The position numbers and the translations under genes are program-made. The notes beneath the pieces were generated by a model that saw only the letters and a list, made by a program, of their open reading frames with translations, was not told the DNA's origin and made no database searches. DNA of 64,000 bases, taken from Malacoraja senta. Taxonomy: Eukaryota. The stretch spans positions 5,892,001 through 5,956,000 of the forward strand of contig CM075997.1 of the NCBI GenBank assembly GCA_038087875.1. Reading direction: 5' to 3'. Each line of letters begins with the position of its first letter. The stretch's first letter is position 1. Below are positions 1 to 12,017 of the stretch, one piece after another.

Positions 1-67
1 TTTTCATTTAAGCAAATAAAATTTAAATGTAATTTATGATTATTACCAATTATCTTTTTCATTGCAG

Positions 68-268
68 ATGTGCAAACTTTTACAGTTCTTCTGCGACTGT
101 GAATTGCGACATAGGGTTGAATCGATTGCATCGCTTGCAGATCGATTTGTTAATAGAATGCAAACAGATCAGAGGGAGCGTTACCGTGAGCTCATGCTGT
201 GCTTCAACATGAGTGCAGCTGAGACTGCCAGAAAAACACGAGAATTCCGCTCACCACCACAAGAACAG
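68..268 (+). CDS. RYR1: Ryanodine receptor internal exon (201 bp; likely equivalent to human RYR1 exon 36)
   Basis: ttgcag| acceptor and CAG|gtaact donor. Encodes [28 protein letters not shown]...[20 protein letters not shown], a recognisable RyR sequence. Phase 0/0. Exon numbering is from memory. Confidence 0.95.
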
Positions 269-574
269 GTAACTCATGAGATATTACTTGAAATTAAAGT
301 GTTGATGATTAGGACAAATACAATATGGAAACATTTTATTTTTGGTTACCCGGTACTGCTAGTGTGCGCTGATGGATTCCATGGATGACCCAGGCAGCTG
401 GGCACCAAGTTTATATTAGTCATTGGTCCTCCATCGACAATTCACGGGTACATTTTCAGGACCTTTAAAGCGTGGATCGGCATGGCCAACAGTCACATTT
501 ACACTGGACCCATGATTGGCGGTGGTCATGGTTGGGCATATCAGGACCTTAATACAGACAATTTCAGCAGCAGG

Positions 575-1362
575 TTGAATGGCAGAAGGCAAAAGTGGCA
601 ATTAAAGTTTTGTTTTCTGGTTGGCTGCCAGTGCCTAGCGGAGTTCCGCAGGGATCGATGCTGGGGCCGCTACTCTTCACGTTGTGTATTAATGATTTTG
701 ATGAGGGGATTCAAGGTTTTGTGGACAAATTCCCAAGTTATAGTAGAATTAGGCCATTCGACCCATTGCGTCTACTCCGCTATTCAATCATGGCTGCTCT
801 CTGCCTCGTAATCCCATTTTCCTGCCCATAACTCTTGACAACTGTTTTAATCAATAATTTGTCTATTTTTAATCAATAATTTGTCAATAATTTGTTTATT
901 ATTTGCCTTAAAAATATCCACTGACTTGGCCTCCACAGCCCTCTGTGGCAATTAATTTCCACATATTAACTATCCTCTGACTACAGCAGTTCCTCCTCAC
1001 CATTCCAAAAGAGCGTCCTTCAATTCTAAGGCTATGCCCTCTGGTCCTGAACTCTCCCACCAGTGGAAACATTCTTTCCACATCCTCCCAATACATTTCA
1101 TTATTCTGTAAGTTTCAATGAGGTCCCTCGTCAACCTTCTAAACTCCAACAAGTAGAGGCCCAGTGCTGTCAAACGCTCATTATATGTAAACCCACTCAT
1201 TCCTGGAATCATTCTTGTAAACATCCCCTGGACCCTCTCCAGCACATCCTTCCTCGGATATGGGGCCCACATTTGCTCACAGTACTCCAAATGCGGCCTA
1301 ACCAGTGCCTTATAGCGCCTCAGCATTACATCTCTGTTTTTGTATTCCAGTCCTCTTGATAT
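575..1362. mobile_element. Decayed CR1 LINE fragments (short + strand RT piece ~575-735, then - strand 3' portion ~738-1362)
   Basis: SGVPQGSMLGPLLF on +; YKALVRPHLEYC and RGHSLRIEGR on -. Confidence 0.85.
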
Positions 1363-1373
1363 AAGGTGAAATA

Positions 1374-2408
1374 TCATAGAAACATAGAAAAATAGTTGCA
1401 GGAGTAGGTCATTCGACCCTTTCGAGCCAGCTCCGCCATTAAATATGATCATTGCTGATCATCTAAAATCAGTACCCTATTCCTGCTTTTTCCCCATATC
1501 CCTTGATTCCTTTAGCCCTAAGAACTAAATCTAACACTCTGTTGAAAACATCCAGTGAATTAGCATCCACTGCCTCCAGTGGTAGAGAATTCTGCAGATT
1601 CACAACTCTCTGGGTGAAAAAGCTTTTCCTCATCTCAGTCATAAATGGCCTACCCCTTATTCTTAAACTGTGACACTTGGTACTGGTCTCCCCTAACATG
1701 GGGAAAATCTTTCCTGCATTTAGCTTGTCCAATCCTTTAAGAATTTTATATGTTTGTATATGATCTCCTCTCATCCTTCTGAATTCCAGTGAATACAAGC
1801 CCACTCGACCCATTCTTTCATCATATATCAGTCCCGCCATACCGGGAATTAACCTGGTGAACCTTTGCTGCACTCCCTCAATAGCAATAATGTCCTTCCT
1901 CAATTTAGGAGAACAAACCTGCGCACAATACCCCAGGTGTGGTCCCACCAGGGCCCTGTGCAACTGCAGTAGGACCTCCTTGCTCCTAAATTCAAATCCT
2001 CTCGCAATGTAGGCCAACATGCCATGAGCATTCTTCACTGCCTGCTGTACCTGCATGCTTACTTTCAGTGACTGATGTACAAGCACACCCAGGTCTCGTT
2101 GAACCTCCCCTTTTCCTAATCTGACACCATTCAGATAATAATCTGCCTTCTTGTTCTTGCCACCAAAGTGGATAACTTCACATTTATCCACATTAAACTG
2201 CACCTGCCATGCATCTGCCCACTCACCCAACCTATCCAAGTCACCCTGCAGCCTCATAGCATCCTCCTCACCCAGCTCACACTGTCACCCAGTTTTGTGT
2301 CATCCACAAACTTGGAGATGTCACATTTAAATCCCTCGCCTAAATCGTTAATATATATTGTAAATAACCAGTTCTCTATCCATGTTAATACCCTACCCCC
2401 AATACCAT
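1374..2408 (-). mobile_element. 5'-truncated CR1 LINE (ORF2 C-terminus and 3' tail)
   Basis: ORF 1469-2257 LQGDLDRLGEWADAWQVQFNVDKC...; (TTTCTATG)n tail seen as catagaaa repeats at ~1375-1390. Confidence 0.92.
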
Positions 2409-2860
2409 TGTCTATTCCGGTTCTTGCACCCCCCACCCCCCCCAGTCTGGTTCAGTAAAACCACTGAGTCGAATACTGCAGTCCAAACACTTTATTCATC
2501 GCGGGACCGATTTCTGATCCACTCACTCGAGTCCTCAGTAGCCTCGCGCAGGCACAACAGAAAAGCAAGCAAACGCAAATGAACTGATCACCTATTTATA
2601 TAGATCGATACAGTGGGCGACAATTTACAGTGGGTGGTAACCCTTTAGCCCAATCACAAACACATAACAATCATCAGTAAGCATCACATATTTACAGGGA
2701 AACAAAACTGAAACTTATCAGGGGTCATTACCTGGCCCAGGGGAATGGGTCACATGGATACAGGGAAATGGGCCTCAACTCCGTGATGTCATCACCAGTG
2801 AAGCTAATTCTAAACACTTATCTTCCATTCCCAGAGCACCCCCACTCCTGCATATTATCA
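2409..2860 (-). mobile_element. 3' LTR of endogenous retrovirus (~452 bp)
   Basis: On the minus strand it begins TGATAAT directly after the polypurine tract AAGGAGGGAA (2861-2870) and ends TAGACA. TATA-like TATATAAATA (~2593-2602) lies upstream of AATAAA (~2491-2496). Confidence 0.75.
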
Positions 2861-3008
2861 TTCCCTCCTTAGCATTCCATGATAACTCTTCATGTTCCTT
2901 CTAATCTAATCTGCTGAGAGCAGTATATTGACCCTTAAAGGATTTACTTGGCATAGGGACATTTGCTCCCTGGTTTTAACATACATAATGAAATTTACAC
3001 GAACATGG

Positions 3009-6000
3009 TAAAGGCTGAAACCCGTGGGAAAGGTGAGTCAGAGGGGAAAAACAGTTTTAAACTGAGGAATTTGATTTGTAAATTGGCAAATTAGACAATT
3101 TATCAGCCAATATAAGCAAGGCTGCTCTAGGGGAGCGGGGGTGTGGGAGCTGCCTTGTGAGGGAAGTGCCTTGGGAGAAAAATGTGAATCTTTGGCTCAA
3201 GAGTGTTCGGCGAGGAGGCTGAGGAGAGGAGATTACGCAAAAACCTGGAGAGGACGGGACGCGGTGAACATATGACGGGTAAGATGAGAGTGTGATGCTT
3301 GCAGGATGTGGGAGGCCAGGTACACGGATAGAGCCTCTGGCTGCTACAACTGTGGCAAGTGTGTCCAGGTTCAGCTCCTGAAGGACCGTGTTGGGGCACT
3401 GGAGAAGCAGCTGGATGACCTCAGGGCCATCCGGGAAGAACGCAGGTGTGTGACTGAGAGAAAGGGTAATAACTGTGGAGTGCAGGAGACCCAGGTGGCT
3501 GTGCCTAATGAAAACAGGTACACCCTCTTAGGAGCTGTCGGGGGAGTCGAAGCTTCCAGTCCGAGCGGCGGACGCGTCGGTGGCTTCAATCCTAGAGATG
3601 GAACTCGACCGGCGAGACCGACGTCGGGCAGAGCCATAGTGGTGGACGACTCCATTGTCTGAGGAGCGCACTGGAGATTCTGTGGCGGCAAACGAGACAC
3701 GAGGATGGTCTGTTGCCTCCCTGGTGCCAGGGTTCAAGATGTCGTGCTAGTGAGGACAGGAACGGAGATAGGGGATCTGAATGTGTGGCTGAGGGGCTGG
3801 TGCAGGGAGCAAGGATTAAGATTTATAGACCACTGGGATCTCTCCTGGGGTAGGGGTGACCTGTACAAAAGGGACGGGTTACACCTTAACTGGAGGGGGA
3901 CTGATGTTCTGGCAGGCAGGTTTGCTAGGGCTACACATGTGGGTTTAAAATAAATAGTGGGGGGCAGGGATTGACAAATTGGGAGTATAAATTTGGAGTT
4001 GAAGGGGAAGTGAGTACAGGAAAAGTTACAAAAGACTCCCGAATTAATGGGAAGGAAAATCCGAGAAGGGATAAGAGAGTAAGGTCAGGGTCAATTGCGA
4101 GCGGTGCGGGAGGGGAGGTGAATACCGAGGTCCAAGTGTCGTATATCAATGCGCGAAGTATAAGAAATGAAGTGGATGAGCTTGAGGCTCAGTTAGAAAT
4201 TGGCAAATATGATGTTGTGGGAATTACAGAGACATGGCTGCAAGAGGGTCAGGGCTGGGAACTGAATATTCAAGGGTATACCTCCTATCGAAAAGGCAGA
4301 CAGGTGGGCAGAGGGGGTGGGGTAGCTCTGTTGGTGAGGAATGAAATTCAGTCTCTTGCAAGGGGTGACATTGAAACAGGAGATGTGGAGTCAGTATGGA
4401 TAAAACTAGGGAATTTTAAGGGTAAAAAGACCCTAATGGGACTTATCTACAGGCCCCCAAACAGTAGCCTGGATATAGGGTGCAAGTTGAATCAGGAGTT
4501 AAAATTGGCATGTAGTAAAGGTAATGCTACAGTTGTTATGGGAGATTTCAACATGTAGGTAGACTGGGAAAATCAGGTTGGTACTGGACCCCAAGAAAGG
4601 GAGTTTGTGGAGTGCCTCCATGATGGATTCTCAGAGCAGCTTGATTTAGTGTTATGTAATGAACCAGATTTGATAAAGGAACTTGAGGTTAAGGAGCCAT
4701 TAGGGGGTAGTGACCATAATATGGTCAAGTTTAATCTACAATTGAAGAGGGAGAAGGGTAAATCGGAGGTGTCAGTGTTACAGTTGAATAAAGGGGACAA
4801 TGGAGCCATGAGGGAGGAGCTGGCCGAAGTTGACTGGAAAGATACCCTAGCAGGGATTATAGTGGAACAACAATGGCAGGTATTTCTGGGAATAATACAG
4901 AAGGTGCAGGATAAGTTCATTCCAAAGTGGAAGAAAGATTCCAAGGGGATTAAGGGGGTGACCTTGGCTGACAAGGGACGTCAGGGACAGTATAAAAATA
5001 AAAGAGAAGAAGTACAACGTAGCAAAGATGAGTGGGAAGCAAGAGGATTGGGTAATGTTTAAAGAGCAACAGAAGATAACTAAAAAGGCAATATATGGAA
5101 AATAGATGAGGTACGAAGGTAAGCTAGCCAAGAATATAAAGGAGGATAGTAAAAGCTTCTTTAGATATGTGAAGGTTGAAAAAAATAGTCAAGACCAAAG
5201 TTGGACCTTGAAGACTGAAAAAGGTGAATTTATTATGGGGAACAAGGAAATGGCAGATGAGTTGAACAGGTACTTTGGATCCGTCTACACTAAGGAGGAC
5301 ACAAACAATCTTCCCGATAGACTAGTGGCCAGAGGATCTGGGGTGATGGAGGAACTGAAAGAAATCCACATTAGGCAGGAAATGGTGTTGGGTAGACTGA
5401 TGGGACTGAAGGCTGATAAATCCCCACGCCCTTATGGTCTGCATCCCAGGGTGTTTAAGGAAGTGGCTCTAGAAATCATTGGTGATAATTTTCCAATGTT
5501 CTATAGACTCAGGATCAGTTCCTGTGGATTGGAGGGTAGCAAATGTTTTCCCACTTTTTAAGAAAGGCGGGAGAGAGAAAACAGAGAATTATAGACCAGT
5601 TAGCTTGACATCGGTGGTGGGGAAGATGCTGGAGTCATTTATATAAGATGAAATAGCAGCACATTTGGATAGCAATAACAGGGTCGGTCCGAGTCAGCAT
5701 GGATTTACGAAGGGGAAATCATGCTTGACTAATCTTCTGGAATTTTTTGAGGATGTAACTAGGAAAATGGACAAGGGAGAGCCAGTGGATGTAGTGTACC
5801 TGGACTTTCAGAAAGCATTTGATAAGGTCGCACATAGGAGATTAGTGGGCAAAATTTGGGCACATGGTATTGGGGGTAGAGTGCTGACATGGATAGAAAA
5901 TTGGTTGGCAGACAGGAAACAAAGAGTAGGGATTAACGGGTCCCTTTCAGAATGGCAGGCAGTGACTAGTGGGGTACCGCAAGGCTCGGTGCTGGGAACG

Positions 6001-6961
6001 CAGCTATTTACAATATACAAAGGGATTCAAAGTAACATTAGCAAATTTGCAGATGACACAAAGCTGTGATGAACTGTGAGGAGGATGCTATGAGAATGCA
6101 GGGTGACTTGGACAGGTTCGGTGAGTGGGCAGATGCATGGCAGATGCAGTTTAATGTGGATAAATGTGAGGTTATCCACTTTGGTAGCAAAAACAGGAAG
6201 GCAGATTGCTATGTAAATGGTGTCGAATTGGGAAAAGGGGAAGTGCAACGGGATCTCGGGGTCCTTGTTCATTAGTCAATGAAAGTAAGCATGCAGGTAC
6301 AGCAGGCAGTGAAGAAAGCGAATGCATGTTGTTCTTCATAACAAGAGTAGTTGAGTATAGGAGCAAAGAGGTCCTTCTGCAGTTGTATAGGGCCCTAGTG
6401 AGATCACACCTGGAGTATTGTGTGCAGTTTTGGTCCCCTAATTTGAGGTAAGACATTCTTGCTATTGAGGGAGTGCAGCATAGGTTTAAAAGGTTAATTC
6501 CCGGGATGGCGGGACTGTCATATGCTGAGAGAATGGAGTGGCTGGGCTTGTATACTCTGGAATTTAGAAGAATGAGAGGGGATCTTATTGAAACATTTAA
6601 GATTGTTAAGGGTTTGGACACGCTAGAGGCAGGAAACATCTTCCCAATGTTGGGGGAATCCAGAACCAGGGGCCATAGTATAAGAATAAGGGGTAAGCCA
6701 TTTAGAACGTTGACGAGGAAACACTTTTTCTCACAGAGAATTGCGAGTCTGTGGAATTCTCTGACAGAGGGCGGTGGAGGCAGGTTCTCTGGATACTTTC
6801 AAGAGAGAGCTAGATAGGGCTCTTAAAGATAGCGGAGTCAGGGGATATGGGGAGAAGGGAGGAACAGGGTACTGATTGGGGATGATCAGCCATGATCACA
6901 TTGAATGGCGGTGTTAGCTTGACGGGCCGAATGGCCTACTCCTGCACCTGTTGTCTATTGT
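3009..6961 (+). mobile_element. Near full-length but disrupted CR1 LINE inserted into the ERV
   Basis: ORF1 remnants with CxxC/coiled coil and SGNH esterase motifs (VVDDSIV, DGLHLN). ORF2 has APE endonuclease (YINARS, GITETW, MGDFN, SDH) and RT (FADDTKL). 7-bp TSD AACATGG at 3002-3008 and 6962-6968. Confidence 0.93.
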
Positions 6962-9900
6962 AACATGGCAACATGTAATCATAATTATGATTAACAATGA
7001 TGATTGGTGAGGTTGTGCCAGGAGTGCAAGGCATCCGATCAGTCGAGTAAGTCTCCATTTCCTGAATTCTTCCTCGCTGTCGTCATCACATTGCAGGTGA
7101 TGGATTCTCTTGGTGTCATCATGTAAGCATACTCTATTTTATGTGAATCTAATGGTTATCAGTATCCCAAGGTATACGAGCAGCAGCAGTGTGTCCATGG
7201 TGAATCAACTTATCTGTACTGGGAAGAGATTTCTCAAAGAAGAGGTTAGCAGTTTAGGTTTTAGGCTCAATACTGACAATCTTACAGTGGTGAAGGTGGA
7301 TCCACGCATTTCTCCCTTCCACCTTAGCTGCGGTTGGGGTTGTGAGGTGGACCTGGTAAGGTCCTTCCCACCACCCGTCCAGTCCCTTCGTCGTCCAATT
7401 TTTAACCATTACATAAGCATCAGCTTCAATTTTAGACGGAGTGGATAGAGGTGGGAGTTCAATGTATGCCGCTCGTACCCTGGAATGTAAGTCATTCAAT
7501 GCCCTGGTTAATGATAAAATATAGTTAGTCATTTCCGTTGTCATGTGGTGGTAGTGAACGGCCTTTGGGGTATTCTGGTTCTATAGGGTTCTGAGTGGAC
7601 GGTCGGCCGTATATATTCTCTGCTGGACTCAATCGTGCCTTCCCTGCTGGGATAGTGCACATCTGGAACAGTGCCACAGGGAGTAGTTTAAATCAGTTAG
7701 GTCCTGTTTCAGCTTGTAATTTGACGAGTTTGTTTTTTAGTGTTTGATTGGCTCGTTCAACCAGTCGAGCAGCCTGTGGCTGACAGGCACAATGTAATTG
7801 CTGTTGGATACCCATCTGTGTGCAAAATTCTTTGTTCACATGTCCCACAAAATGAGGGCATTGTCCGAGCTCATCCGAGTTGGGATCCCATACCTGGGTA
7901 TAATTTCTTTCATAAGTATTTTAACAACTGTAGAGGCTTTGTTGTCCGCGGTGCGATACGCCTCAATCCATTTACTAAAGACGTCAACTGTAACTAATAC
8001 ATATTTATAACACTGACATCTTTTCAAATCAATGTAGTCCATCTGGAGGGTCTCAAAGGGACCCATGGGTAAGGGTGTTCAACCATTTTCACAAAGTATA
8101 CCCTTCCCGGGGTTATGTTGCTGACAGATCAGACAACTACTACTAATCCCCTGAGCCAGAGTCTGCAACTTTTGATGCCACCATGTAGCTAGAAGTGTAT
8201 CACCAGTTGCTTGGGCATCACAGTGAGTTTTAAAGTGTATCCATTCAATAACCCACATTGCAAGTTCATCTGACATACATGTTTGTCCTGCCGGGGTAGC
8301 CCATAATCCCGACATGCAATCAACTGTACAACTGAGTTGCTTCCACATTTCTATATCTCGGTCAGGAGCGTCCTTCTGTAATCTAACGACATCTTGGATG
8401 GTTGGCATTGGCTTTTCCGAGGGAGATTTGCCTGTATCTATGCTTTTAATCTGCCTCATCATTTTAGGTGCAACCACCCTGCGCCTGCAGGACATTTCCT
8501 TAGCTTCTTGGTCGGCATGCCGATTTCCTACATCTACTGGGGTTTGGCCTATAGTATGGGCAATACATTTTATAATGGAAATTTGTTTTGGCAACATTAA
8601 GGCAACAGGTCTGATACCAATTTCTGGTGGAATATCTGTGTACCCGCTGAAGTTAAGAACCCCCTATTTTTCCACAACTGGGCGAAGTCATAGACCACTC
8701 TCAAAGCATATCCAGAGTCAGTGTAAACATTTATTCTTAAGTCCTTTCCTAAGATGCAGGCTCTTATCAAGGCAAACAGTTCCTATGGTTGGGCAGAGAA
8801 TGGTGTTTCAAAGGCCGCCGCTTCCATACTATTGCCATCCTGATCTATAATTGCGTATCCTGAAAGTCTTTCCCCTAGGGGTCCAATTGATGCACTCCCA
8901 TCTACATACAGGGCTAGGTCAGGGTTTGTCATGGGAATATCAGTTAAATCTTCCCTAGCAGAGGTATCTTCTTTGATCACAAATAGGCAGACATGCCCTA
9001 ATTCCATTTGTTCCTCCGGTGGTTTGGCGAGAAAGGATGCTGGATTGATGGTGGTACAATACTTAAACTGCAATTTGGGGTTGTTCAACAGGTAGATCTC
9101 GTATTTATTCTGGCGATCCATAGTGAGGTGTTGAGTCTGTAATTGTCCCAGCAATGCAGCAACTGAATGAGAACCATACTCTGTTATGTCTTGTTGTAAA
9201 GTCAAATTGGCAGCCGATTGCCAGCTGTTGGAGATCGCAGTCAAGATCTGTGTACATATGGGATGTCCCCATGCTACCGGATCAAATTTTGAAGAGTAAT
9301 AGGCAACCGGTCGATGTTTGTCTCCATGTTTCTGAGTAAGGACCACAGTGGAGCAATCAGCGAGAATTGTGCAGTACAACTGGAACGGTCGGTCATGGAG
9401 TGGCCTTCCTAATGCTGGTGCCTGTGACAGAGATCTTTTCAGAATTTCAAAGGCTTCTTGAGCTTCCTCGGATAGTCGAAACTCATCCTCCATATTAGTG
9501 TATGGCGTCAATTTTTTAGTTTCTAAAGCAATGTTGGGTATCAACTGTCGACAATAGATTACCATGCCGAGCCACTGCCTCATTTGCTTCATCTCCCGTG
9601 GACCAGGGAATTCGCAGATTGGTTCGACTCGGCTGTTCTCCAGACTCCGCTCTGTTGCCGATAATATCACGTGGAGGAACTTCAGCTTCTGTTGGGCTAC
9701 CTGTACTTATGATTGTGAAACAACATATCCCAGTGCTGATAGGTGAATCAGTAACTGAGTGGTATCTTCGCAGTTGCTTTGTTCATCCTGGCTGGCTATA
9801 AGTAGATCATCCACGTATTGGACTAGGGTGGAGCCACGCCAAAAGCTTACGGTCTGCAGCTGTCCTTGGAGACATCTGGAAAATGATGGGGATTTCACAA

Positions 9901-11624
9901 ACCTTTGGGGCAACAGAGTCCATGCATACTGTTGTCCATCGTAGGTGAAGGCGAAGAGGTACTGACTGTCTTGATGTAGGGGCAGGGAGAGGAAGGCATG
10001 TTGTAAGTCCACTATTGAGAAGATCTTTGCCTGTGCCAGAATTTGGGCTAAAATGTGGGCTGGATTAGGTACCAATGCGTGAAGCGGTTCTACTGTAGCA
10101 TTAATGGACCGCAAATCCAGAACCAATCTATACTGGTTCGATTTCCCTGCCTTGGGGACTGCGAGGATGGGCTTGTTGCATGCAGATTGGCATTTCATCA
10201 AAATGCCCTGTTCTAATAGTCCCCAAACTAACTTGTCAATGCTTGGTATTATAGCCTGCTGCTTCAGCAGGTACTGTCATACACAAGGTAGTGTTACATT
10301 TTACTGGAGAGCGACTTGGATGGGGTTAATCTGAACGCATTCCTACCTGAGTAGAGTCTTCTGCCCATACCCGTCGGTCCACATACTCTTGTACTTCGCT
10401 CCCAAGATGATGGCATAGTAACAGTCTGGTAGAATCGAACAGTACAATCATTGAGTAATTCTTGCTCTTGGCTCGTGTTCGGATTCGCCAAACCGATTGC
10501 TTGCTGAACCATGGGTCCTAAGTCTTTTGCATGAGGTGGGAAGTTCACTTTCTTTGTTACATGCAGGGCGACCCCAGAGGCCTGTTTCCACAATTCCTGG
10601 GGTACCTCAGCATATCTGCTGTTCCCTGTGGTCCGGTCACTAGAGCCAGGAGGTTTAGATTTCACCTAGTTCCTTCACATGGTATGAAAAAGGTTTCCAA
10701 CTGCGTGTTTCTGCCTCTTTGGCTGTACACTAGGGTAATATGGAGTGGGGGCTCATTTTCCATGTCCAGTGATAACCAGTGGGGTGTCACCGACAAGTAA
10801 CACGGTCTTTTAGGGGCCATGGGGTTACATTCATCCCATTGTCTCCACATTCAATATTCAATGTATATAACAAGTCCCAAGCTAGCAGATTACAGTGTAG
10901 ACCCGTGGTGGTTACAAACTGGTACTGTACTGTCTCATTCCGTTATGTTACTTCAACTGGCATAGAGATGGGGTATTGGCATACCTGTCCTTGGAATCCG
11001 GACAGTCTCTGGGTTTTGTCGGATTTGGGGAGGTTGTTAGTGGACTGAATGGATGACATGGATGCCCCTTTGTCCACTAAGAAGGTGCACCATTTTCCCG
11101 TAACTTGTAGTACTAGAACCAGTTCCTTATCAGTGTTGCACCCATTCACCACTAAGTTGGCTAGTCAGTACTGGGAAAATGTAGTTTTGGAAAAGTTGTG
11201 TACCTCCTTTGTCCACGATTTCCTTGCCAACCTCCCCTTTGTTCTTGCTGATAACCCGCTCCTCCTTGCCTTTGTATCGGGCACTCCTGCTCCAATGGCC
11301 TTGCTTGACTCAATTAAAGCAAATGTCTGCTTCCTCTAAACTGCTGCCTTGGGGACCATAGGGTGGGCTGTCAGTGGGAGCATTTAGTCTGTTGGGGTAA
11401 CCCGTATGCCCGTGTTCCTGTCTCTCTACCCATCCCGGCATACAATACTGGGGTCTGGTAGACGCTGGCATCTGGAATGGCTTTCGGTCCTTCCTTCTTC
11501 ATTACATACTCCGGTTTTACCTCAACCTGGGGCTGATTCTCCTGTCTGTTACTATCCTTCCAGTAGTATTTAACTGCATGGGCCATTTGGCTCAGACTAT
11601 TTTCAGACCAGTCCATATTGTTAG
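6962..11624 (-). mobile_element. Class I (epsilon/gamma-like) endogenous retrovirus internal region: 3' gag, pro-2H-RT-RNaseH-IN; decayed, 5' end missing
   Basis: Degenerate CCHC knuckle (CFN*VKQGHWSR/ECP, ~11280-11325); protease FLVDKGA and NLLAWDLL; RT YRLVLDLR, VDLQHAF, LPQRF, YVDDLL; HRPVAYYSSK connection; RNase H YVDGS; integrase LQMDYI, VDVFSKW, SSDN; C-terminal WEGPYQVHLTTPTA...WIHLHHCK. Many stops and frameshifts. Confidence 0.93.
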
Positions 11625-12017
11625 TGTAGTGACAGTTTTTTACATCGTCTCAAGGATTTAGTCCTCGATAATGACGGCATTGAATGTCTTGTGGAGGGCT
11701 TGTGGGTGCGTTTAGATTTCCTTCTCAGCCACTAAACGCACCCACGAGCCCTCCACAAGACATTCAATGACGTCAAAAGATGAATCTTCCAAAAACAGTC
11801 TCTTGATTAATAGTTTCTTTATTGTAGTAGTACAAACAGTAAGGTAAAATTTAAAGGTAACTGCTTATGATTATAACGTACTGAGTTAAGCTAAATGGCT
11901 ACTACATACTGGCCCCTAATTGTTCTGAGTATATAACAAGGCAATTACTAATAAACATTAAAATAGGATCTATAAAAGCTTAACGTATATCAAAAATAAA
12001 ATTAACATGTTGTAACA
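11625..12017 (-). mobile_element. LTR-like segment (~390 bp) of uncertain family, possibly the 3' LTR of the BEL/Pao element
   Basis: TGT...ACA termini, minus-strand TATA-like motif (~11930) upstream of AATAAA (~11818-11823), and it abruptly interrupts ERV gag. No second copy is available to confirm it. Confidence 0.45.

Noticed and set aside
62..388. 108-aa ORF as a stand-alone gene (likewise 50565-50852)
   Set aside because: These are RYR1 exons read through into intron; RyR similarity stops at the GT donors (268/269 and 50833/50834).
7254..11164. Functional or domesticated retroviral pol
   Set aside because: Numerous stops and frameshifts and a mutated protease active site (DKG instead of DTG).
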